Shown one piece after another: positions 9,530 to 21,709 of a stretch of 39,228 nucleotides of DNA (the first letter of the stretch is position 1; each line of letters starts with the position of its first letter). Below the pieces are notes generated by a model, which was given only the letters and a program-made list of their open reading frames with translations, was not told the DNA's origin and did no database searches. A program made the translations under genes and the position numbers. The stretch comes from Trichinella spiralis (Eukaryota): NCBI RefSeq assembly GCF_000181795.1, contig NW_003526945.1, positions 3,295,513 through 3,334,740 on the forward strand, given 5' to 3'.

Positions 9530-12500
9530 GGTTGTTGTTTCTGAATGAATCGCATGAATTAAAAAAAAGAGAACAACTGTATGTTCATTATAATTGCACG
9601 TATGCAATTATTAGAAAAGGAAAAAAAGATATATTGAGACAATGAAATTGTGAATATTATAATTTAGACAAAGAAAAGCAAGAATATTTTTCCATAAGAA
9701 ACACGATGATCTTGAAATATTCTTCTTGAGATGAATTATTTCAAAAGGATTAATTGTCATGAGCAAATCAATCAATCGAACAAATTAGCAAATGAAAATG
9801 AATAAAAGTTTGCATTTTCAACTGGATACAATTCATGTGGACAATTTTGCCATTCATTCACTGATATGCTTGTTAAATGTCGCAATTTGCATCAGTATTC
9901 AACTAATCAAAGCTGACCAACTAGCTGACTAGCTAGCGTAGCAATGAACAGAATTAGCCGACCGGCACGTGTTGACATAGTTCGTTGCGTAAGCGTTAAA
10001 ATCAACAAAACCGAAACCAACGTCTCTTACCAATGCTATATTCAGTTGTTGTTTTCTTATTTTCAATTTCTCTTAAAATAAATTATGATAAATTCTTTAT
10101 AATTCGCTTATTTGTATGTGAAATATTATTTTGCTTTGTTTTCTCCAAATCTGAGCAACAAATCCGCTTGCAAAAAAGGTTTACTTTGACGAGGTCGATC
10201 GATCAATTTTATCCTTTTCCGGAGATGAATCCACTATCTAGTGAAGTTCAAACTTCGATGTTAATAAACATTGGAAAATGGATATTTCAACTTTTTATAT
10301 TTGAAAATTTATTCCAAAAGAAAAAAATTGAAAAATTTCTTTCATTCTTAATAAAAGATGTAAAGTAAAACTTGAATTTCACAAAAAGCAAACATCCTTT
10401 TGTAGCGGTTACAGTACAAAACTGTTTACAATAACTTCAAAATAAAAATTGACACATCACTCGTTGTAGTAGAACTGATTTTTGATAAACATGGAAAACA
10501 TTCATAATCGACATTCAATTTCTTGTTACCAACGAATATATTAATAATTGTAAACCAAATACATACCGACAGTATTGTTTTTGTTGTTTGTATTCAAAAG
10601 TACAAAAGCATCGTTTTTCAATGACTTTCTACTTTGACTAAGAAAACCACCGCAAAACGAATTATTGATCGATTAAGCTTTGTTAAATCGTGTTGTTAGA
10701 AGCATGATATATAAATAATGTTGGCTAGATTCAACCGAACGACGACGTTGACAACGACGTTGCAGAAACATTCTAGTTGAAATGACAGCAACATTGGTGG
10801 TGGTAGCTGACTGGCAAACTTCTACTCAATGCTTTATCGACTAGGGTATATTTATAAAAATAAAACACCACTGCTCATGCTTCTGTTTTATTCTTGCTAA
10901 ATTTTTGGAAATGTTCTATTGAATAGAATTAAAAAAATTTGTTTTTCATTCTTGTTGAACATATAATAGATGGATTGGAATTTTTATGAAAATGATCTAT
11001 AAATTCTTTTTGTATAAGAAAATTATTGTAAAATAATAACAACAAAATAAGTTTGCAATTTTCAACAATGATGAAGAATAATAAAGTTTACTAGATCATC
11101 TGCTACCTTGAACATAATAGGCTTAACCAGTAGTTGCGCTGAATTATTATTCTTAATACAGAGAAATAAACAATATACGCTAACAATATTTAACCAAGTT
11201 GTTTACAAAACTGTTGACGTGAATCTTTAATAATGCAGTTAATAATAATATATAATTTTATTATAAATGGGTCTCTATTTAAATTGTAAATTTAATCTCG
11301 ACAAAGTTTCACTCGGACAGTTGTCTCGGTGTGCATAAAACAAAACTCAGCTTCAACATGAAGAAAATTAAATATACATTATCCGTAAGTAAAATTTTAA
11401 AATTGTACATCATCACAAACAAAAACAATATCAAATTTATTTCTATATAAATATAGAATAGCAAGTGCAAATTATTATTTTACAATGTACAAATAAATAA
11501 TGATATAATTGAAAAAGATTTCGATATTTAAAATTTTGATGCATAAAAAAGTATGGAGATGAAATTACCCAGTTGAAGCTTAATGGTGAATTAATAATAA
11601 AATGAATAAATTAATATTATAAGAAATTTCATCAAAAATTAACAAGTATTCTATTGCTTTCATGTTGAATTATTTTTTTCGTAAGATGAGTTTTTGTTTG
11701 CTTGGGAGAATAAAGAAAAAAAAAGCATTGAAAAGCATAATATGCATTGAAATATAATGTTCTAATACGTGAAAGTGGGAACGGAGGAAGAATAGAATGT
11801 TAATGTTGCTGATTTTCTTAATTTTCTTTTCTTTTATTCTTTTTGCTTTAAATCCAGCAGATAATTTGAATACATTTGAATCAAAGCTGTAAATTCAAGT
11901 CGGTTGTACATTAATTGATGTCGGATATGTGTGAAACGTGATCAATTAAGTAAATAAGTATTACAACACAGACAAGTGAACATTTTCCAAACAATGCATC
12001 AACTTAGCTGAGCCTTATTTACCTCAATGAAATACTTTTTTTAAGAAAACTCGTTAATAAAACGTTTCTATGATATTATTAATATTGAGTGAATATTAAT
12101 TTTAATTTTTTTCATTTTTGTTGAATAAAAAATGTTCAAGTGCCAGGTAACGTACTCACTGATCCCAAGTGAATTACAACTGAATCTACAGTACGTATAT
12201 ATTTGGCTGTTGTATGTATTGTAGGTGGTCATGCGATATTTTTAATTTAAAAAAAAACAACAGAGAATTATTAATTTCAAAAAAATAATAATAAACGAAA
12301 TGCATTAAAGTTGCTATTACTGTGGACGTGATAAAATTGACCTTGAATGGAACTTTTGCTACGTTTTGCTTGTAAAGTGATAATTAGTGTGAGATCTTTA
12401 CAGAAGATGTTGATAATGATGATAATTTAAATTAGATACTGTTTTTTTTCTATTTTGTTAATATATTGTGGTTAAAATGGTAATATTGAAGTAATGTTTG

Positions 12501-13029
12501 GAATGGTTCGAAGAATAAAATAGGCTAAATTAGAATGGGTTTCCAACTTAATGCTGCTGTTGTGCAAAAGCAGCATTGTGTCCCAAAGACCGGTCAACTG
12601 AGGCTAGTGAATGGAATTATTTTTCACTGTTGTCACAATGGTGGCCGTGAAGTTCTCCCATTTACCGCATTGGACAAGTTGGAGCAATTGGTTGACCAGA
12701 TTTTTCACCAGCTATTGCATGAAGTTGTTTCGATGTTTGCGACCTTGCATACAATATTTATTCTTTGCAGATCTTTGCTGCCAGTGGTTGCAGCTCGACG
12801 GGGTCGATATTGCCGCTTTCAGTTGTTTTCCTTCCTCTCTGTATGGGTCAGGGGACAATAAAGACATTCTCTTTCTCTCCTTCCCCTGCCCCCTCTTCTC
12901 TGACGCTTTCTGTTACTCTGTATATTCTTTTATTCGTTCTTTGCTTCCCTCTGTCTCTGCCTCTGTCCCCGTCGCCGTCTCATCTCTACTTTTCACAACA
13001 CAACAGTTGATCACATCTCGTTTGATATA

Positions 13030-13072
13030 CCCCTTCATCCCCCTCCCCCTGTGCATCCCTCCCTACATCCCC
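13030..13072 (-). other. Potential G-quadruplex (six G-runs) at the end of a pyrimidine-rich tract of about 220 nt
   Basis: The + strand reads CCCCttcatCCCCCtCCCCCtgtgcatCCCtCCCtacatCCCC. The minus strand matches G3+N1-7 repeated at least 4 times. Confidence 0.55.
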
Positions 13073-16000
13073 TCTGCTACTTGATTGTAGTGCTTTGAAA
13101 AAAATGTTACGGTGGCTATTTTTCCCCACTTCTCTATCATCAACTTGGGTTCATTTTATCATCACCTTTTAATATTGGTAATTTTATAATTATTTTAATT
13201 TCACTTTTTTTATTCGCGATATACAAATCTTTTCAATTCTATCGACTCATCAATTGATGCTATTATTAAGCATGCCGCTTTCAAACAGGTTCGACATTGT
13301 CAGTGGAAATTAATCAAATCGAACAACAATAAGCAGCTAATTAATTTTATTCTTCAACCGCATGTCTGTTGTATTGAAATATTTAAATTTAACATTTAAA
13401 TATTATGCACCTTTTTCATTTGGAGAAAAATTTTTGTCAATCAAATTGAAACTAAATTGAAAATTATCAATTTCATTTGTCAATGGACAATTTGAGGATG
13501 AAAAAATTATGAATGTTGAATTTCTGTTTTCAAATTTCGAATAGTTTTTCAGTTGAAAGCACGCGACAAAGGCCAAGCATGAAATGTTATAAATTTTACA
13601 ATATTTCACTTTATTAACCATCATGCTAAATATATAATGGTCCTTTTTCTTTGTTTCACTGCGGTCTATCAAATACAAGTGAAATTTAAGAATTATTCAT
13701 TTGCATAAAACAAACATTTAATAATATTTTTTTGAAAACAAATACAACAAGTAAATAATTCTATGATTTTTGTTTTGCTAGATTATGAAATATGATGATA
13801 TTGAATAGTTTTGTCAATTTTGAGCAAAAAATTAATCTAAATGAAGTGTGAAAGTAAAAATTAAAGTCTCATAAAAGAAAAAGAAACACTGATTAATTAT
13901 TTTTCCTCTTCTATTCTTCATTCAGCTACGTGATATCTTGAAATTGGTTGATAAAATAATAAATTTGCATGTTGAATGAGGTGACGTGGAATCGAAGTGT
14001 ATGCAATGAATTTTTTCGAGCGAAGTATTGAATGATAATTTTTAAAATTCCAAAATAAAAGTAGAATAATTTTCATTTATGAGCAAATCTAAATAAATAA
14101 TATATATATATATATATTTGATGAAATATTGACGATCATTATTATTAAGGTATTTTCTGAACGAGCAAAGTGTTTCCATGTATTTGATTGGCGTTCATTG
14201 TTTGATTATCGGATAAATGCAAAATTATGACAGTGATCCATAAATTGTTCAGTTGTCATTCGAATGACTCGTGCAATTTCAAAGTACACGTGCTATAGAT
14301 TGTAATAATAGAAAATCCATCGTACGTGACTGGTGGAATTAGTTTTTACCGGAAAATTAATTAGTCAATGCTTGTGGACGATTTAGTCGGGAAGTTTTGG
14401 TAGTCTTGGGAAAATATTCGCCAAATGAGGGTCGCGGATGTTTTCCGTTCCTTTGCTTTGCTCTAATGAAACTTTGCATAAATGAAGTTAGCCATTGGCT
14501 ATTATTACTATTATTATTATTACAAAGGTGTCGTTTGGTATTTTGCTCATTCCAACTTTAAAATGGACCAATTTTTCAAATTCTTCTTTTTCACTTGTAA
14601 ACAGTTTGAGGGTCATTCGTTCAAAATATGGACAGTACAGTAGAGTACTGTCAGTCTGGCTGTCTGTTCGACGTTGCTCAATGTCGATGCCCGGTTATTG
14701 TACGACATGTCCGCTTGTATTGCGTCTCTGCCTGCATTCGTCCCCTTTTTCTTCTTCTTCTACTGCCGCTACTGCTTCTGCTTTTGCCACCGGTCGTCGG
14801 TCAGCTGTGGACACTGGTTGACACTTTTATTATGCATACACGTTTACCATAATCCCACAATGAATATATATGATTTGTTCAATTTTATTTCTAAGTTTTT
14901 TTTCATTTCCTTTCCAGTGGAACATCCTCATGGAATATATAAAATTATCAAAGGATTTCTGCTGTTTTGAATTTCAATACTTTTCTTTTTATTCGTTGAA
15001 TATTTTTGCAAAAATTTTCCATAAAACAAGTGATTTGTTTTCTTTTTCAGATTTCTCAGATTGAATTTTTCAAAAGTTACTGTACATTTTCAAAAAAACC
15101 TTGACGAACAGAAAAAAGCTGCCCATATTCTTTCTTCATTTGCTGAAAATAAAGACCAAAACAGTAAGTGCATATTCATATTTTTATTCTTTTTGCTCAA
15201 GATGAGAATAATAAAACTAACAGCTTGCCTGTTTTGTATCAAAATTGAATTTCATTCAACTTTGAGGTTTAATTGCAATTTAAAATTAGCGCACTTTTAT
15301 ATAAAAATGCAACTGTTCCAATATGACAAGTTAATTGAATTTCTTCCTCGTTGGACAAAACAAACGTCAACGGTTGGGCAAATTGTGCACTTGCTTTGGG
15401 CTTTTTCTTCTTCTTTCTCTTCTACTTTTCGCCCATTGAACGTGACTTTCTTCTATTAAGCATACATATAATCTTGTTAATCTATTAAGCGAACGTATAA
15501 TTCAATAAACCAATAAAATTCCTCTACCTTTTTATCCATATGCACAAATGCATATTCATATATACATATATGCATACGTATGGAAAATGTATGAATTTTA
15601 CAAAAATTACAAAACACAATTTCTCTCTTATTGATCATTTAATTATTAATTTACTACAAACAAATCGATTTTTATATTAAATTTCATCAAGAAGCTGATT
15701 AGAAGAAAACAATACGCTTTTCACGTCTCGTGTTTCGCTTGTTCTAATAAATGTCATTAAATCATTAAAATAAAGTAAAGGAATGTAGATTTCTTTTTTC
15801 CATAAAAAGGAAATAGTACTTACTCCAAATTATCATACTATGTACAATTATAATAATAGAACATCAAATTGTCTTGTAAGTAGATTTTATTTTACTTTTA
15901 TTGTAAGCTTGATTTGTTTAATTGGAAATGATGAAGGTGCTACTGTTGATTTAGGTAAATTACCATATTATTTTCCGTTTGATGTAGTGGAAGGAGATTG

Positions 16001-17379
16001 GCTTTAGAATTCATTTAAAAAATTTTGTTTCAATTCAAATATTTTTTGCAATCGTTCACAATGGAATGAAAACTTTATTATTAGGTGTTTCTGCATAACA
16101 ATTCTTTTCGTTAAATTACAGTAAGTTATCTTCAATCATTTGAAGAAAATGAGTGAAACTGACAAGCAAAAGTAAACGATTATCATTTCTCATCATTCTC
16201 TATAATAAATATGAATAAATATTCTTTCTATTTTCTCGATCTAGTTGATTAAATATTATGAATTTGCACAATAAGATAAGGCTAATAATAAGGAGAGTCA
16301 TAGAATGCACATTGCACATTTGCAGATTAGAGAAATTGTCTTTTTTTAATATTTAACAAATAAATAAATTTTAAAATTGTTTATTATTTATTTTATATAA
16401 AAAGAGGGATTTTAAAAAATGCAAATTGCAAATTGAATTCGATTAGTTTATTTGATCGAGAAAATGTTAATGAAAATTGAAAATTAATTTCAAGAAACTA
16501 ATGCAAAATATATAATTTAATAAATAAAATTATTTTCTTTATGTTTCAATGGAATTTTTATCAATTTTGAAAATACAGTGAAATTTGTTGTTCAGTTAGT
16601 TATTCGGCGTTTGAGAAGGGCATTCATTCAGTTCTTCGTCGAGTTGAAAAGAAATTTGCATTTGCTGTGCTAATGATGAATAATTGAGCAAGTCGTGCTT
16701 AATAATTTGGTGAATCAGTTGATCGTGTATCAATGAAAGATGAATCATTTGCAAATTGGAAAAATCACGAGCTGAAAGAGAAAAAAAAAGATTCGAATTG
16801 TTCCTCGTGATCTAAGATCCTCCACAGACGGAGCTGCACCAGTGGTGTGCAGCCATTTAGAACGATAATTTTTTTTTCGAACAATTTTCAGTAATTTTCA
16901 GAAGAAGTTTTCGGTTGAACGGGAAAAAGGAATGGAATTTGAGAAAAAGCTACATTCATCCGCATCCTGCACGCACACCATGCTTGTTAGCCGTATCCAC
17001 AGTGAGAGCATACGTGTGAAATAAAAGCATAACAGAACAAAAATCTCGCATTGGACATTTTGTATTTAGTCTTCTTGTGTGACACTTTTGATCGAGTACA
17101 ATTGAAATTGAATGAATACATATTTGTATATTCACCGAAAAGAAGACAAGAATATGCTATGTATCTGGTGCTAAGCCATCTGATATCTCTCCCTCTCTCT
17201 GTTTTTCTGAACCAACTATTTCATCATTTAGACAATCTGCATTTAATTTTCTCGTCTGTTGGCTAAGCATGAGCTTATGAGTCAGTCGATTTGCAACGTG
17301 TATGCTAATGAAAAGAAACAAGTAGTCAATCGAAAAAAAACATAAGCTTTATTCAATTCATTCAGCTGGTTCCGGTAGG

Positions 17380-20300
17380 ATGCGAGTGAAGAAGAAGCCA
17401 GTCAGTGGACGTGCAATGATGAAATTGTCTGAAGTAACAGATAAACAATGGAACATTGCCGGATGGATGCAGTTCGGCGATGCACGATACCTGGTACGAT
17501 AATTTCTGCATGGCTTCATCTTCGTCTCTTATTTCATTCATAATTTGCTTTTTTTCCAAAGCAAAAAAAAGAACTTGCAGAAAATTTTCCAATTGCACTA
17601 CGCGTGCGCACTTGCAGTGCAGATACACGAATAGATCTGTTACAAACTGTTACAAAGTGCAATGACAAATTCTAGTTTGCCATACTTTGAAAATTTTGCC
17701 ACCAAAAGGTGACTTGCCAATAATTAAAGGCGTTGTTAATTAATGCAACGCCTGGTATATGACCTGCAAGAGTTGGGTTCACCGTGGATACGTCGTCCAA
17801 CACTGCTGACGTGCAGCGTGAGACAGGTCCAAAATTTTTGTCACAATTCATGACCCAAAATGTTCAGCAAAATTTTTGCCTAGGGATCACCAAACGGCTT
17901 GCAATTTTACTGTTCTGATCATTCATTATAATTTATGAAGCATTACAAGCAATTTATTCGTACTGGTGAAAATAATAAAAATATTATACATACATACATA
18001 CACACACATGTATGCATATTTCTTTATATATATAATATCACCGCAGGAGCTTTGCCAATCAATTTGGTTAAAAGTGATTTTTGGAAATTTGACAGCCTGT
18101 TTTGCCATAGCTAAACAATAACCTCGAAACAGGTCGTTCGTTGGGCATTACGTCTGCACTGATTGTAGTAGCCAGACGGAATAATTTTTCTTCACATCGT
18201 TTTGCCAGATGTAATTTTCAACTTTTCACATCTTCAATCTTTCTCCACTTTCCAAGATCACTAACCCTATGCTCAACTTGGATAGATACCTTTTTTTCTC
18301 TCTTTAATTTCAACCTTATCACATGCTCAATCCAACATCTGTAAGGCATGTCATTTTTCTCAATTATACCGTTGACATTTCATGTCCTTTCTTGTTTCAG
18401 CATTTACAATAATCATTTATCATTGTTTTGGACAAGAACAATTACAATATTAATTATTATTGAATGAAATTTAGCATGCATATAAATATAAATATAAATG
18501 TGTATTATGTGAATTTTGCTGAATGGGGTTGCATGTTGCATTGGAAAATTTGTTCTTTATGCGTATGTTGCTTTTAAAATATTGCAAATAAGCTTTTCTG
18601 TGAACGTGTAATAATAAGAAAAAAAAGGTTCATTTCATATTGTTGAACTTTCGATGTAGCTGATTTCGTAGCTTTTTCACTTCTGGACAAACAAGCTGCT
18701 TGAAAACGTTAGCCATCATTTCATTTTACGAAGCAGCAAAATTTGAAAACAATTTTTTCCCTTCAATGTTTTTACGAATCTGAAATCATTTTCAAAGTTA
18801 TGTCGATATATTGTAAAAAAAATAAATGGGCTTCTGTTTTTCATTTTCTATTTTTTATATAAATTTTATTTTTGAAATGTTGTTTGCCAGCTAAACAAGT
18901 GATTTATTTCATTGCAAACAATTGCGTGGGCTTTTTTATTTTTCAATCGACTCGAATGGACGCTCTTGGCGCATTTGGCAAGCTTTATAATATCTCATTT
19001 TTAATTTATAGCCAAAGTTTTTTTGATAATAATTTAAACACACGAACAACACATGTTTCAGTCTTTCAAAAATATCTTCTGCTCAACAACATTCCTGGTT
19101 GTAACCGTGAAACAGCGGCAACACTGGCAACCTGACAACAAACTTACCCAATGCTGACGTTTCAATACCAAATACTGTAGATGCTCATCTCACCAAGTGA
19201 GTAGAAAAATTTAATATTTTTCAAAATTACATGCAAACAAACAAACAAGCAAACATTTTTTTCTTACCTTCATCAATATTAAAATTTAACAACACGAACA
19301 AACACTGAATGCGCAAACATTTTCCATTGCACGCGTAAAATAAATAAAGCCTTTGAAAAATGTATAAATTTTTCAACTTTGACATCAGATATATATATAT
19401 ATATTATTTTATAGAAACATTTTTATCGTTTATTGAAAAAGAAACATGAATAGAAAATTGAATTATCGTATAAGTTGTGTGTATTGAAGAAGGAAAAGAT
19501 TCTCTTTTCACGTGCAATCTGATAATGTGCATGTACAATTTGCAACAACTTTTTGCATAACTGAAATTTATATTTGGTTATTTTAAAAAAGAAAATTATC
19601 AAATATCCAAGCAACAAAGCAAAAATAAACTAATTTGGTTAATATCAATTTCATTGTTGCGATGCGATATTAAAAAATAGCAACGAATATGGTAGTAGCA
19701 TTAGTTGAAACATTATACACAAAATAGAATAATACAATGTGGTAATGCGATAGTATCTTGAGAGAAATAATTGTTTGAAGGAAAAGCAAATGATACAGAA
19801 TCTGTTGACTAAATCGATCGATTTTAGCATTATAGCGAAGTTAAATAGGGTCAAAGTTTTGTTTAGTTACGGTATCAAAGTTGTTTAATAATATTTTTCA
19901 AACAAACAGTTTGTTATAAGCTGCATTTGTGCATAAGCGTTTTTTTGTTTTTCCTGAACTTTGAGCCTATTGTTTTTTTCTTTTAGAAAATGGCTAATGC
20001 TATTTATTTGTCAATAATTTTCTCAAACTTGTAAGATCATTTCCAAAAAAATAAGAAAAAAGCTAATTGCATTGAATTGTTTTTAGATTTTTAACTTTAA
20101 TGAATTGAAGAAATTTACACTTTCGTATAATAAATGCAACTTCTGTTCTGTCTTTAAAAGCATTGTCAAATTTCAAATATGCAATTAAAGTTGTCTCAAA
20201 TATCCGTTGATTGTTTCTTATTTTTGTGCAAAAATCAAATAAAATCAGACCCGCGTTGTAAGGGAAATTTTAATGCCCTGGACAGTAGCAGTATAACAGC

Positions 20301-21673
20301 AAGAAAGGATAATTTTCTACCAATGTAATGCTGTATTCATCAGCATGAACTTAATTTTTAATTTTTAATAATTAAAAGTTTTTATTACCATTGTACATAA
20401 TTTTGCATTTTTAGATATATGATCGAAAAATGATGAATCAAATAGACATAGGCAAACTTGGCATTCCCACGGTTTCTACGGCATTGAACTCCGGTGGTCC
20501 TTTTTCTTCGAAAATTCACAGCTGGGGAAAAAGAAGTCGAAGCTGCAATGCCAGACAAGCTATTAACAGCATTCATGAAGATTCTGTAAGTAAAAAAATT
20601 GAATTTCAAAATGACGTAACGTGCTGTAAAGTAAAAAAGAAATTGTAAAATTTTTAATGCACATCAAACACCACCAACATTATAAATACTAAATTTGTTT
20701 TTATGTTTTTTTTGAAACTTAATGGAATAACACACCGACTAAAAGTTATTGCTTTTTCAAGTCATAAATTGTGCATAAAATAATTGCAAATGTCATAAAA
20801 GTTTACTGCATTTGTTGTTACATCACATTGCCGCCATTGGAATAACCAATTGCTGATTTCAGTCATATTTATCTTTAATTAGTTCGACTGAAATGACATT
20901 TGTTGTATGCTGATGATCTTTGATGATTTAAAAAGAAAAAAAACTTCATTTAAATAATATAATACGAAATGTTTACTTGTTCAAACAATTCAGACGGTAA
21001 TTAAAATGACATCTTCACCTATGTACAAAGGATATATATAGAAGGGGAAATTTATTTTACTATATTGCCAAACCACCACTGCCACGACCACAGCCACTAC
21101 TACTGCAAGTTTGTTAGGTGACCTAAAGCATCGTGGCATATGAAATTTCAAGATGCCTTGAAGATGAAAATTTTCATTTATATATCAAGCATAAATGCGC
21201 TTCTGTGCAATGAAATTTCATTTGTTAATTTATTGTTTGTTGTAAAAAGAAAACAAAAAAAAACAATTTTGTTCTTTTCCCATACTCTTCTACATTTGTG
21301 ACATTGATTTGCTGCTGTTTTCTAGGATACCCTTTGTTCTGGGCAGAATTCGTTCGTTGTGAAAATTTCCCTTGAAGACAATAAATCTACAATGCAAGAA
21401 AATTCAGACACGAACGATGGAATTGTGGAAACTGTAACCGCAGTCAAAGGTGTTACTTTGAAAGATGCTCTCGTTGGTGTTGTGAAAAAGTACCATTTGA
21501 ACATGGATCAAATTCATGTATTTCTCAAATCTTCCAACACACCTTTGCCTCTGGAAACAGATTCGTCTTTTCTTGGTGGTTTAAAAGTGTTTTTAAGAAG
21601 TATTTGACAATTTTTTTAATCAAAAAATATGCATATTAAAGTTCAAAAGTTATAATTGAAAATGAAGAAGATT

Positions 21674-21709
<36 letters not shown>

